Shown here in pieces: positions 51,736 to 61,899 of a DNA stretch of 64,000 nt; positions within the stretch are counted from its first letter, which is position 1; each line of letters begins with the position of its first letter. Source of the DNA: Candidatus Hydrothermarchaeum profundi (GTDB taxonomy: Archaea; Hydrothermarchaeota; Hydrothermarchaeia; Hydrothermarchaeales; Hydrothermarchaeaceae). The stretch covers positions 299,906 to 363,905 of the forward strand of contig MTMF02000009.1 in NCBI GenBank assembly GCA_002011125.2, in the 5' to 3' direction. The notes beneath the pieces are model-generated. The model was not told the origin of the DNA, searched no databases, and worked only from the letters and a program-made list of their open reading frames with translations. The position numbers and the translations under genes were made by a program.

Positions 51736-52857
51736 TTAGACAGCTCTTGACGCAATCGCTGTCTCAGGGTATTTCATTTCCCGATAAACCTCCAAAATCC
51801 TTTTAGAGATCTCCTCCCAAGAAAACCCTACAACCTTCTTTCTAGCATTAGTAGCCAGCTTATCTCTCAGAGTATTATCCTCTATCAGCTCTTCCATCGC
51901 CTTAGCTAAACCAACTGAATCTCTAGGCTCAACCACGAGGGAGTTCTCATGATCAACACAAATGCTCTTGATCCCCCCAACAGATGTAGCAATCACAGGC
52001 AACCCTGCCGCCCAAGCCTCTAATACCGTGAGGGGCAACCCTTCCCACGTAGAAGGCAAAATAAAAGCATCACTACTCAGATACAGCTCCACCAGTTCCT
52101 TCCCTTGCTTTTCACCCGTAAATCTTATCCGCTTCTTAACTCCCAACTCCTCAACTAGCTTTCTCAAATTTTTTTCCTGAGAACCCTCACCAACTATAAG
52201 GACCTCAAAATCATGCCCCCTCAACCGAGACACAGCCTCAACAAGATAACGTAGACCCTTCTGCTTCTCTAATCTCCCCACAAAGAGGAATCTAAACCTC
52301 TCCCCCCTCTTTCTCTCGCCTTGAAACTCCTCCACATCAACACCATTAGGGATATACACCACGTTGTCTATACCCGCATCCCTAAAATGCGCCAAGCTAC
52401 TTTTATCCACAGAAATTATCCTGCTGAAGCCACCATATTTCAAGAAAAACTTCTCTGCTAGACGTTTAAAATAGCTATACTGTGGATATGGAAAGGAGAC
52501 GCCATGACAGGTGTTCACCACAGGCACTCCATAGAATCTTGCTGGAATAGAGATGAAAAAGCCAAGATCCGCTGAATGAGAATGCACTACATCAGGTCTT
52601 AATTTATTCAAATGCCTAAAACCCCAAAAAATCAGAAAAAAAAGCGATAATACTCTACGAAACGTGATTCTATCCAGATTCTGCGGTTTTTCCTTTAATC
52701 CAAACTTTAAAACATCACTTCTGATCTCAGAACAATTAGAAGACAAGATAAAAACTTCATGGCCAAGTTTCCTCAGATGCTTTTCCAAGTTATATACGAC
52801 AACAGCGTCCCCTCCTAGCACGTTAGGATATTTCTTGACGAGATGTAGTATCCTCAT
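51736..52857 (-). CDS. GT4 glycosyltransferase
   Basis: IPNGVD, VGRLEKQKG, EGLPLTVLEAW. Confidence 0.9.
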   Translation of the reverse strand: MRILHLVKKYPNVLGGDAVVVYNLEKHLRKLGHEVFILSSNCSEIRSDVLKFGLKEKPQNLDRITFRRVLSLFFLIFWGFRHLNKLRPDVVHSHSADLGFFISIPARFYGVPVVNTCHGVSFPYPQYSYFKRLAEKFFLKYGGFSRIISVDKSSLAHFRDAGIDNVVYIPNGVDVEEFQGERKRGERFRFLFVGRLEKQKGLRYLVEAVSRLRGHDFEVLIVGEGSQEKNLRKLVEELGVKKRIRFTGEKQGKELVELYLSSDAFILPSTWEGLPLTVLEAWAAGLPVIATSVGGIKSICVDHENSLVVEPRDSVGLAKAMEELIEDNTLRDKLATNARKKVVGFSWEEISKRILEVYREMKYPETAIASRAV

Positions 52858-52918
52858 TTCAAATCCAATTCGTATACTAAAAGAATATAAATACTTACCC
52901 TTGAAGAGACTAAAGCTT

Positions 52919-52950
52919 GTGAACTACTCCACGCTTACGCATAGAGCTTC
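52919..52950 (+). mobile_element. Possible degenerate IS200/IS605-family terminal hairpin
   Basis: GTGAACTACTCCACGC-TTAC-GCATAGAGCTTC resembles the GTGAACTACC...hairpin...GCTTC ends of these elements; no transposase nearby. Confidence 0.35.
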
Positions 52951-53144
52951 AAGAGGCTAAACATGGGTATGCTTAGTGCCTGTCAATGGCTGGCTCACAA
53001 GCAACCCCTGACAAGAGCCCATAATTATACTAATTCAATTTATTATAAAAAATATCCTTCTAGACCTTCTATCATTAAACCTCATCCCTCCTGGCAAAGC
53101 ACCTAAACACCGACTTTAACATAATTTGAAAAAACAATTAATAC

Positions 53145-54410
53145 TCACCGTTTGAACTTTAAGCCGGACCAGATCTTATTACTAGTGTAAACACTAACCA
53201 AGGCATGGACAATCAACCATGAGTACCCCACTGCAACGATGCTGCTTAGAATAGTTAGCAATAGAAAACCTAAACCTAAAATTCCAACCGCCAAAACCGC
53301 AGAGATAATGATAGTTTCCCAGATCTTTTTTTCAATCCTAAGTATAGTGAAGTATATCATATTTGCTCCGAGGAAAAATCCCGAAAGAGAAAAAATCCTC
53401 AGTAATCCTACACCATTTTCTGAGTACTCAGCTCCAAACAGCATTAGAAGCTTGTCTGCTATTATAATCATTATTACAATAGCTGGAATCAAAAGAGAAT
53501 AAGCTAACAATAAAGAACTCTGAATATACTCTCCTGCTTTCTCTTTGTTCGTAGAACCTTCACTAAATAAGCTTTGAGAGACCGCGGTTGGGATAATGAA
53601 CAAAAGCTCCGCTAACATGAAAGCCACATAGAAATAAGCATTCATTTGCCCTCCGAAAAGATTCACAACAATCAATGGCAAAATTAAGGAAGGAGATATA
53701 TACAGAAGATTAGCAAAATGATTCCCAAAAGAAAAGCGAAGAATATCGCTGATAATCCTCCGGCTAATTTTTACTGAAGGACTAAATCCCTCTAATATCC
53801 TCGGAAAGAAAACCAGCAAAGCAACAGCGATTGCTAATGCCATGGCGATGCCCCATGACGCAAAAATGCCATAAGCCCCATAGCTGGCAACTAATACTGC
53901 GAGAGGAATCTTCACTGAATTAAATATTATACTCTTCATCACAACTAAATTTGATTTCCTCTTTGCTATGAAAACATGATCAACTAACGGAAAAACCGTC
54001 CACACAACTACGATTAACACGAAAGAAAAAGCAAATAATTTTACGTCCAAAACGAATGTTAGAGCCGGAGAGAGAAAGGGTACCAGTAATAGAAATAAGA
54101 TTGAAAAAATAAAGGATGCCGCAATTACCGTGCTCAGACATGTATTAACAAGACTCACCTGGTCCTTAGAGTTTGGCAAGAACCTTACAATGCCAAAGTT
54201 AAAGCCAAGATTAGAAAACACCGCCAGTAAAGTAGCCGCAGAGATTAAGGCAGCACCATTACCAACCTCATCAGGAGTATAGAACCTAGCAGCTATCACC
54301 CAGAAGAAAAAGCCGAGAAGAGAAGAAACCAAGGTATTTGCCATCAAGTAAAAAGCGTTCATATACAGGGAGTTTTTATAGCATTTGCTTAAAAGAGACA
54401 ATAGAAACAT
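53145..54410 (-). CDS. Oligosaccharide flippase family protein
   Basis: LGFFFWVIAARFY, ~12 TM, FGAEYS. Confidence 0.85.
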   Translation of the reverse strand: MFLLSLLSKCYKNSLYMNAFYLMANTLVSSLLGFFFWVIAARFYTPDEVGNGAALISAATLLAVFSNLGFNFGIVRFLPNSKDQVSLVNTCLSTVIAASFIFSILFLLLVPFLSPALTFVLDVKLFAFSFVLIVVVWTVFPLVDHVFIAKRKSNLVVMKSIIFNSVKIPLAVLVASYGAYGIFASWGIAMALAIAVALLVFFPRILEGFSPSVKISRRIISDILRFSFGNHFANLLYISPSLILPLIVVNLFGGQMNAYFYVAFMLAELLFIIPTAVSQSLFSEGSTNKEKAGEYIQSSLLLAYSLLIPAIVIMIIIADKLLMLFGAEYSENGVGLLRIFSLSGFFLGANMIYFTILRIEKKIWETIIISAVLAVGILGLGFLLLTILSSIVAVGYSWLIVHALVSVYTSNKIWSGLKFKR

Positions 54411-54476
54411 GTTATCTCCTGAGGAGTTTAAATATTTTATACTAATAAAAAGTTATATCCTTCTCAAATGAGAGAA

Positions 54477-55601
54477 CTACTTCGTAATTTCTTCGTATAA
54501 TTTCTGTGTCTCTTTTACAATATTCTCCCAGTCAAATCTTTTAGAGTATTCATATCCATTTCCTATTATTTTTTCCCTTAAACTCTGGTCATCTAGTACT
54601 CTTAAAATACTCTCATTTAAATTCTCCAGCTCGCATAACACCCCAGTATCCTTAGTTATTATGTCCGACGCAGCACTCCTCTCAGACTTAACTGCCACAA
54701 CAGGAGTACCGCATGCCATTGCCTCTAGAAGTACTATCCCAAATCCCTCTCGCGAGGATGGAAGTACAAATACCTTAGAGGCTTTAATATTGGCGATCAC
54801 CTCATCAAAGCTCAGGAACCCCAAGAACTCAACGTTATTTCCCAAGCCAAGCTCCTCAGAAAGAGCGAGCAATCTATCCCGCTCTGGCCCATCGCCAATG
54901 ACACGGCACTTAATGTCCGGAAAGTTTTTCCTAATATTGGAGATAGCTCGAAGGAGTACATCTACATTTTTTTCTCTAATTAAACGGCCTACAAATAGGA
55001 CATCACATTCCTCAGCAACAGGCGAAACAGCCTGGATAACCTTGAAATCAATCCCATTTGGTATTACCCTAACATTCTCTGCACCAACAGAAACTAGCTT
55101 TCTCCTAGTAAACTCCGAAACCGCCACATGAGATACAGACAGTCTTGCAACACGCTTCTCTACGATTTTCCCAAAATATCCCATGAGCCCCAGATACTTA
55201 TACCAGTAGTCCCCCCACACCTCATGCCAAGTTATAACCATCGACGAATCCTTCATCCTAGATGCCAAAGACGAAAAAAAACATGAAAAATAAGGGAAAT
55301 TCCCCACATCTATTATATCGTGCTTTTCTTTAAGCAGAGGGCTGAATACTCTAAAACCGTATTTGAAAGCCTCGCCTATAGAACGCCTACCGTCGCCAGT
55401 ATAAAGGCTTTTAACTCTACATACGCCATGCAGAACAATACCATCAAGCTCTCTTATACTACCCCCATCCCACCATTTAACTCCATACCAATGCACATCA
55501 TGCCCATCCCTCGCCAGCCTACTAGCTATCTCGTAGATACGCTTCTCAGCACCCCCTTTTATAAACGGATAAACAGCATCATATACATAGGCGATCTTCA
55601 T
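54477..55601 (-). CDS. GT4 glycosyltransferase
   Basis: YP..KGGAEKR, TWHEVW, GRLIREKN, REGFGIVLLEAM. Confidence 0.92.
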   Translation of the reverse strand: MKIAYVYDAVYPFIKGGAEKRIYEIASRLARDGHDVHWYGVKWWDGGSIRELDGIVLHGVCRVKSLYTGDGRRSIGEAFKYGFRVFSPLLKEKHDIIDVGNFPYFSCFFSSLASRMKDSSMVITWHEVWGDYWYKYLGLMGYFGKIVEKRVARLSVSHVAVSEFTRRKLVSVGAENVRVIPNGIDFKVIQAVSPVAEECDVLFVGRLIREKNVDVLLRAISNIRKNFPDIKCRVIGDGPERDRLLALSEELGLGNNVEFLGFLSFDEVIANIKASKVFVLPSSREGFGIVLLEAMACGTPVVAVKSERSAASDIITKDTGVLCELENLNESILRVLDDQSLREKIIGNGYEYSKRFDWENIVKETQKLYEEITK

Positions 55602-56710
55602 TCTTCTTTCTTCTCCAACAAAAGAACGCTTATAAATATACTGGCAAAGATTATCTGCACCCCTATAATAGCTAGAGTAGATGAAAGAACAGCGTTCTTC
55701 ACTTGAGAGAGCTCACCGAAGCCCCTGCTAATCCACTCCAGTAGTATCCTAAGCCCTATAACACCTCCAGCCAAAAAAGTCAAGAGCCCAAGAAACAAAC
55801 CATACTCTAAAACATTATATTTCATAAGAGGTCTCGTAATCCTATCCGGCTTATCGATATCGTGGATCACCGCATAAACCTTAGAGAAGACGCCCATAGT
55901 TATAACCTGAAACCCTAAAATAGTGAAGAGACTGCCTAATATCGCCGTATGAAAGCGGAAAGGACCAGAGAAAAATAAAAAGAGAACTCCCAATAAAAGG
56001 AAAAAAACTCCCGGAGCCAAGAAGAGCAACCCATGCTTATAGAGGAACATAAATCTGATATGACGCCATCCATCCTGAAGTGAAACAAGCTTAGGCTCGC
56101 CCGCAGCCCTTGGATAGTAGGAAATAGGCACCTCCTTGATTTTAAGGCCATTTTTCGCCGCCTTAACCACCATTTCTGAGGCAAACTCCATGCCAGCGGT
56201 TTTAAGGTTAATTCTTTCAAGAGCGGTTTTCTTGATAGCACGCATACCACAGTGGGCATCTGAGACATTAGTTTTGAAGAGAAGATTCAAAATACCAGTT
56301 AATAGAGGGTTACCCACATGCCTATGTAACCAAGGCATTGCACCATCCATTATATTCCCCCTAAGCCGAGTCCCAATAACAAAATCAGCATCATCGCTGA
56401 GAGCCTCTAAAAACCTAGGCATTTCTCGGAGATCATAAGTGCCGTCGCTGTCAGCCATTACTATTATCTCACCTCTCGCCTTTTCAAACCCTTTGAGATA
56501 GGCGTTCCCATAGCCCCTTCTCGGCTCAAAACATACAACAGCTCCATGCTCCCTTGCAACTTTAGCTGAATTATCCCTAGAGCCATTGTCGACTACTATT
56601 ACCTCTCCATCTATGCCTAAATTTTTAAAAACGTCCAAAGCCTTATCCACACATTCGCCAACCGTCTTCTCCTCGTTGAGGCATGGCAGGATTACTGATA
56701 CTTTAACCAA
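55598..56710 (-). CDS. GT2 glycosyltransferase (polyprenol-phosphate hexosyltransferase/DPM1-like) with C-terminal TMs
   Basis: PCLNEE, VVDNGS.D, GYG, DSD, DAHCGMRA. Confidence 0.9.
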   Translation of the reverse strand: MVKVSVILPCLNEEKTVGECVDKALDVFKNLGIDGEVIVVDNGSRDNSAKVAREHGAVVCFEPRRGYGNAYLKGFEKARGEIIVMADSDGTYDLREMPRFLEALSDDADFVIGTRLRGNIMDGAMPWLHRHVGNPLLTGILNLLFKTNVSDAHCGMRAIKKTALERINLKTAGMEFASEMVVKAAKNGLKIKEVPISYYPRAAGEPKLVSLQDGWRHIRFMFLYKHGLLFLAPGVFFLLLGVLFLFFSGPFRFHTAILGSLFTILGFQVITMGVFSKVYAVIHDIDKPDRITRPLMKYNVLEYGLFLGLLTFLAGGVIGLRILLEWISRGFGELSQVKNAVLSSTLAIIGVQIIFASIFISVLLLEKKEE

Positions 56711-57037
56711 CTAAATCCCCCTGAAAGATAAACTCGGAATACACACCTTGGATTTTTATTTCTAGTTCCTTTTTAATGTTTTTCTATAAAGAGAGAAAGA
56801 ATAGCTAAAATTAAGAAACGCACTAAACCAGAGAGACGTCTGGATAAGAGAATTCAAAAAAAAAGAAACAAGTATTATAAACCGCAACTAGCGTAGCTGA
56901 GAGGTAATATGCCAAGAAATAACCCAAAAAGTTTATCACCAGACAGAACCAAAAATTTACAGGAAAAAGATAATGACAGCACCCAAATATTATCTCTTCA
57001 AATGTTAAAAATAGGGGCCTAAGAGCGTTGGTGTAAA

Positions 57038-57460
57038 ATGGAGCTGAAAAAAGTTGTCCAAAGTCTAAAAGATATTATCGAAGAATTTGAAGAGGTAAAG
57101 CTCGCTTATCTGTTTGGATCTTCAGCGACTGGTAGAGAGGGAAAATTAAGCGACATCGACATTGCGGTATTTATAGACGAAAGACTTAGCACCAAAGAGA
57201 GACTCGAACTTGAGCTTGAACTAATAAGTCGTCTTTCTAATCTCCTAAAGACAGATAAGATAGATATTGTGATAATGAACGAAGCTCCCTTGACTCTAAA
57301 ATACAACATAATAAAGAGAGGCATAATCCTCAAATCTGATGAGGCTTTAAGGGTCAAAATAGAAGCGGAGATACTTTCAAGATACCTAGACAGAAAATAC
57401 TTCGAGGAAAGACGGGCGATGGAAGTTGTTAAGAGGATAGCTAGGTACGGGTTAAGATGA
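57038..57460 (+). CDS. MNT nucleotidyltransferase antitoxin
   Basis: AYLFGSSATG....SDIDIAV. Confidence 0.9.
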   Translation: MELKKVVQSLKDIIEEFEEVKLAYLFGSSATGREGKLSDIDIAVFIDERLSTKERLELELELISRLSNLLKTDKIDIVIMNEAPLTLKYNIIKRGIILKSDEALRVKIEAEILSRYLDRKYFEERRAMEVVKRIARYGLR

Positions 57461-57645
57461 AAATACAAGAGATAGCCGATAGGCTAAATGATCTGGAAAA
57501 ATATATTAGACTACTTAAAAGTTATCAAGATAGGAGTCTTGACGAAATAGAAAGAGATTATACTTTAAGAGGTGCAATAGAAAGATATCTCCCGGTCGCA
57601 ATTGAATGCACACTCGATATTGGAGAAATGACAATTTCTGCCAAG
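57457..57645 (+). pseudogene. 3'-truncated HEPN (DUF86) toxin
   Basis: RGAIERYL..AIECTLDIGEM followed by unrelated sequence; Rx4H motif missing. Confidence 0.8.
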
Positions 57646-57671
57646 TCTCCCATATCATGTTACTCCTACTT

Positions 57672-57689
57672 GCGAAGCTATAGCTTCGC
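57672..57689. repeat. Perfect 18-bp palindrome downstream of pdhC
   Basis: GCGAAGCTATAGCTTCGC, overlapping a second hairpin TTCGCT-AAA-AGCGAA. Confidence 0.8.
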
Positions 57690-57775
57690 TAAAAGCGAAA
57701 AGGCCGCTGTTCTTATCCAACATGCATCTTACTTTTGACTAATATTTGTACCATAAGTGGCTCTAAAACCTCACT

Positions 57776-58984
57776 TTACTCCACTATTAGAAGATCCGGA
57801 TCAGATAAACGCTTAATAACGTCATTCATGAACCTAGCAGCCTCTGCGCCATCAACGACCCTATGATCGAAGCTCAGTGAAAGAGATAAATTCTTTCTTA
57901 TAACTATCTCACCGTCCTTAACCATGGGTAAGTCCCGTATTTTCCCCACCCCTAGAATAGCAACCTCAGGATAGTTTATTATTGGTGTGGCGTAAGTGCC
58001 ACCTATTACACCTATATTGGTTATAGTAAACGTTCCTCCCTGAAGGTCCATTAAGTCTATCTTTCTCTCCTTCGCTAAACCAGCGAGTCTACCAATCTCT
58101 TCGGCTATCTGGAGAATAGTTTTTTGATCTGCAGCCTTGACAACTGGCACCATCAAGCCATCTCCCGTATCAACTGCTATCCCAATGTTATAATATTCTT
58201 TCAGGATTATCTCATTAGTTTCCTCATCTACCGAGGCATTCAAATAGGGATGCTCCTTTAAGGCTGCTACAACTGCTTTTACAATAAATGGCAAATAAGT
58301 CAGCTTTACCCCTTTCTCTTCAGCACGCGCCTTATATTTATTCCTAACCTCCACAAGGTGAGTGATATCAGCTTCATCCATGTGGGTTACATGAGGTATT
58401 TTCTCCCAAGATTCAACCATCTTTTTGGCAGTTGCTCTCCTAATACCCCTGATAGGCACACGCCTTAAATGGCCAAACATATCATATTTCCTAGTAACCT
58501 TAATTTTCGGGGCCTCTTTTTCTTTAGCCGCCTTTTCCACATCCTCCTTAGTAATGCGTCCCCCTTTCCCAGTGCCTTTTATCTTTGAGAGGTCTACCCT
58601 AAGGTCTTTTGCAAGCTTTCTAACCGCGGGCGTTGCAAGTACCTCGGGTTTCTCTTCTTCCGGCGCCTCTTCAAGTTCACCGACAACAGCAACTGCCTTG
58701 GGCGGAACCTCTTTCTCCTTAGGCTCTACCTTCTCTATGGTCTCTCCTTCCTCACCAATAGTTATAAGAGTCTCACCGACCTTAATAATATCCCCTTCTT
58801 TTCCATGCAACTTCAATACCACTCCTGAGTAAGGGGAGGGCACTTCAACCACGGCTTTATCTGTCTCGACCTCAGCTATTACATCGTCTTCCTTTACTTT
58901 ATCACCTTCTTTCACATGCCACTTTACTATTTCGCCCTCAGTAATTCCCTCACCAACATCTGGAAATTTAAACTCTTTAACCAT
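57776..58984 (-). CDS. pdhC: 2-oxoacid dehydrogenase E2, dihydrolipoamide acyltransferase
   Basis: Lipoyl domain ETDKA, PSBD ATPAVRKLA...GTGKGGRI, catalytic DHRVVDG. Confidence 0.93.
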   Translation of the reverse strand: MVKEFKFPDVGEGITEGEIVKWHVKEGDKVKEDDVIAEVETDKAVVEVPSPYSGVVLKLHGKEGDIIKVGETLITIGEEGETIEKVEPKEKEVPPKAVAVVGELEEAPEEEKPEVLATPAVRKLAKDLRVDLSKIKGTGKGGRITKEDVEKAAKEKEAPKIKVTRKYDMFGHLRRVPIRGIRRATAKKMVESWEKIPHVTHMDEADITHLVEVRNKYKARAEEKGVKLTYLPFIVKAVVAALKEHPYLNASVDEETNEIILKEYYNIGIAVDTGDGLMVPVVKAADQKTILQIAEEIGRLAGLAKERKIDLMDLQGGTFTITNIGVIGGTYATPIINYPEVAILGVGKIRDLPMVKDGEIVIRKNLSLSLSFDHRVVDGAEAARFMNDVIKRLSDPDLLIVE

Positions 58985-58989
58985 TTTCT

Positions 58990-59964
58990 TTACCACTCCA
59001 TTACCTTTTTTATTCCCCACATAACCCAGTCTGGACTTACATGATAATAATCTTCAGACTTGGGCAGAGGCACAGTAATATCCCAGCCTGAAACCCTTAG
59101 AACAGGCGCCTCTAAACTGAGGAGAGCCTTCTCACTTATGGTCGCTGCTATCTCAGAACCCGCACTAAAACTCCTAGGCGACTCTTGGACCACAAGCGCT
59201 CTACCCGTCTTTCTCACAGATTTTAACACAGCATCTTCATCCCAAGGCGAGAGAGTTTGAAGGTCAATGACCTCTACGCTAACGTCATCCCCCATTTTCT
59301 CCAAGGCTTGCAAAGCAGTTCTCACATGAGCCCCCCATGTAATAACCGTGATATCATCTCCCTCCTCGACTACTCTTGCTTTCATTAGAGGGAGTGTATA
59401 AGGTTCCTCTGGTACCTCCTCCTTGATAGCCCTATACACCTTCTTCGGCTCTAAAAAAACTACAGGATCAGGATCTCTTATAGAAGAAATGAGAAGTCCT
59501 TTAGCTGTGTAGGGTGTAGAAGGAACAACGACTTTTAATCCCGGTATATGACAGAAAATAGCCTCTAGGCTCTCACTATGATGCTCTAAGGCTTTAACCC
59601 CCCCTCCAAAAGGCATTCTAATCACCATAGGCGCTGTGTATCTTCCTCTTGACCTGAACCTGAGTCTAGCAACATGAATAAGAATATGATGAAAGGCCTG
59701 AGGAGCGAAGCCCATGAACTGGATCTCGGCTATAGGTCTTAGACCATAAGCCGCCATTCCTACAGCCGTGCCAACTATTGCCCCTTCTGCCAAAGGGGTG
59801 TCAATCACTCTCTTCTCTCCATATTTATCTATCAATCCCTCCGTAACCCTGAATACACCTCCGTTCCTGCCAACGTCTTCGCCCAAAATAACAACTCTTT
59901 CATCTCTTTCCATCTCTTGATCTAAGGCTTGATTTAATGCACTCACCATATTAAGCCTCGCCAT
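58990..59964 (-). CDS. pdhB: 2-oxoacid dehydrogenase E1 beta subunit
   Basis: GEDVGRNGGVFR, DTPLAE, EIQF, EHHSES. Confidence 0.93.
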   Translation of the reverse strand: MARLNMVSALNQALDQEMERDERVVILGEDVGRNGGVFRVTEGLIDKYGEKRVIDTPLAEGAIVGTAVGMAAYGLRPIAEIQFMGFAPQAFHHILIHVARLRFRSRGRYTAPMVIRMPFGGGVKALEHHSESLEAIFCHIPGLKVVVPSTPYTAKGLLISSIRDPDPVVFLEPKKVYRAIKEEVPEEPYTLPLMKARVVEEGDDITVITWGAHVRTALQALEKMGDDVSVEVIDLQTLSPWDEDAVLKSVRKTGRALVVQESPRSFSAGSEIAATISEKALLSLEAPVLRVSGWDITVPLPKSEDYYHVSPDWVMWGIKKVMEW

Positions 59965-59965
59965 C

Positions 59966-61045
59966 TTACTCTCCCCCCAATATTTCTCTTAGTTCCCGAA
60001 GTTGTTCTTCTAAATGTGGCGTAAGCTCTGAGTAGGTATATACGAATACTTCATCCGGTTTGGGAGGAGGAGTAGCTTCGGCTTCTTCAACAGCCTTGGC
60101 AACCTCCTCCGAAGCTTTACTAATAAATTCTTCCTCAAGCTCCTCACTCCATATACCCCTATCAGCGAGAAAAATTTTGAATCTCTTTATAGGATCCCTC
60201 TCCATCCAATACTTAACCTCCTCCTCGCTTCGATAACGCCTAGCGTCGTCAGATGTCGTGTGATCACTTAAACGGTATGTGTAAGCCTCGATAAGCGTGG
60301 GGCCATTTCCTTTTCTAGCCTTAGAAAGAGCTTCCCTAGTTACCGCATACATTGCAAGAATATCGTTTCCATCAACCTGAATGCCTTCAAAACCATATGA
60401 TAATGCCTTCTGAGCTAGCGTCTTGCTTGCTGTTTGCCTCGACCTCGGTACTGATATCGCATACTGGTTATTAACGCAGATGAAAACGTTTGGAGTTTTA
60501 AAGATACCTGCAAAGTTTAAGGCTTCATGGAAATCTCCCTCACTAGTAGCCCCGTCTCCAAAGTAGCTTACTATAGCAAACTTCTCTTTCCTAATGTTAG
60601 CGGCCATACCGAAGCCTACTGAATGGGGTAAGTGCGAAGCCACTGGTATATTAACAGTAAATATTCTAAGATTCTCAGGTATCCTCATACCTTCCTCATA
60701 TCCCATCCAGTAAAGGAAGTAGTTCTTGAGAGGAAGACCTTTTGTGATAAATGCGCCAAGGTCCCTGAAATAAGGAAACATCCAGTCCTTTTCATCCATA
60801 GCAAATGCACTTCCAACCTGAGTTGCCTCATGACCTATATTTGGGGCAAAAGTGCCCATCCTTCCTTGGCGTTGGAGTTTAAGAGACTTCTCATCCGCGA
60901 CCCTGGTTAAGATCATATTATAATACATGCTTTTAAGATCCTTCTCCTTCAACTTCGGAGCAAATTCTTTACTTACTACCTTGCCCTCTTCACTTAAGAT
61001 TTGAAACATTTCCCCCTTGAGAGGATTAAATTTCTCTACTATCAA
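59966..61045 (-). CDS. pdhA: 2-oxoacid dehydrogenase E1 alpha subunit
   Basis: LQRQGRMG, TPP motif GDGATSEGDF...NNQYAIS, HTTSDD. Confidence 0.93.
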   Translation of the reverse strand: MIVEKFNPLKGEMFQILSEEGKVVSKEFAPKLKEKDLKSMYYNMILTRVADEKSLKLQRQGRMGTFAPNIGHEATQVGSAFAMDEKDWMFPYFRDLGAFITKGLPLKNYFLYWMGYEEGMRIPENLRIFTVNIPVASHLPHSVGFGMAANIRKEKFAIVSYFGDGATSEGDFHEALNFAGIFKTPNVFICVNNQYAISVPRSRQTASKTLAQKALSYGFEGIQVDGNDILAMYAVTREALSKARKGNGPTLIEAYTYRLSDHTTSDDARRYRSEEEVKYWMERDPIKRFKIFLADRGIWSEELEEEFISKASEEVAKAVEEAEATPPPKPDEVFVYTYSELTPHLEEQLRELREILGGE

Positions 61046-61899
61046 AAGGATACCTCCATCACTTTTTCATATGCCTTCTCAGCATTATAGGAACTTCTTA
61101 CAAATGGTGAAGCAGCAACATACTTAAAGCCCATTTTTAGACCTGCCTTCTCATACTCGCTAAATTCCTCGGGAGTAACATATCTCTTGACCTCTAAATG
61201 ATTCGGAGACGGTCTTAAGTATTGTCCTATAGTGAGGATATCCACTCCCGCCCTCCTAAGGTCTTGCATTGCGTCGAAAATTTCTTCTTTGGTTTCTCCT
61301 AAGCCGACCATTAAAGAAGATTTTGTAATAAAATAGCTGTCCTTAGATGCCTTTAATATCTTAAGAGAGGTCTCATAACTGAATCTAGGATCCCGTACCT
61401 CTCCCTGCAGTCTCTTAACCGTTTCAATATTATGGCATACAACATTAGGCTCTGCTCTTAACACATTCTCTAGAAAACCTAACTCACCTGAAAAATCAGG
61501 TATCAGCGCCTCCACTAAAACGCCTAATTCTCTGATTGCCCTTATGCATCTTCCAAAATGATTGGATCCAAAATCCGGTAAGTCGTCTCTAGTGACAGAT
61601 GTTAATACAACATATTTCAATCCGAGTTTCTCAACCGCTATCTTCAACTTTTCAGGCTCCTTAGGGTCTAGCTTATCTGCTCTGCCAGACTCACTGGCAC
61701 AAAACCTGCAGACTCTTGTGCATTTATCTCCTAAAACTAAGAAAGTGGCTGTTTTGTTATTCCAACATTTAACTATGTTTGGACAATGAGCCTCTTGACA
61801 TACGGTATTCAAGCCTAAAGCCTTTAATTTATTCCGGGTAAAATAGAAGGATTCTTTAGGATTCAATCTTATTTTGAGCCACTCAGGCTTATTTCCCAA
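61042..61899 (-). CDS. lipA: Lipoyl synthase
   Basis: KPEWLK, CQEAHCPNIVKC (Cx4Cx5C), CTRVCRFC, RSSY; probable TTG start at 61899. Confidence 0.95.
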   Translation of the reverse strand: MGNKPEWLKIRLNPKESFYFTRNKLKALGLNTVCQEAHCPNIVKCWNNKTATFLVLGDKCTRVCRFCASESGRADKLDPKEPEKLKIAVEKLGLKYVVLTSVTRDDLPDFGSNHFGRCIRAIRELGVLVEALIPDFSGELGFLENVLRAEPNVVCHNIETVKRLQGEVRDPRFSYETSLKILKASKDSYFITKSSLMVGLGETKEEIFDAMQDLRRAGVDILTIGQYLRPSPNHLEVKRYVTPEEFSEYEKAGLKMGFKYVAASPFVRSSYNAEKAYEKVMEVSF

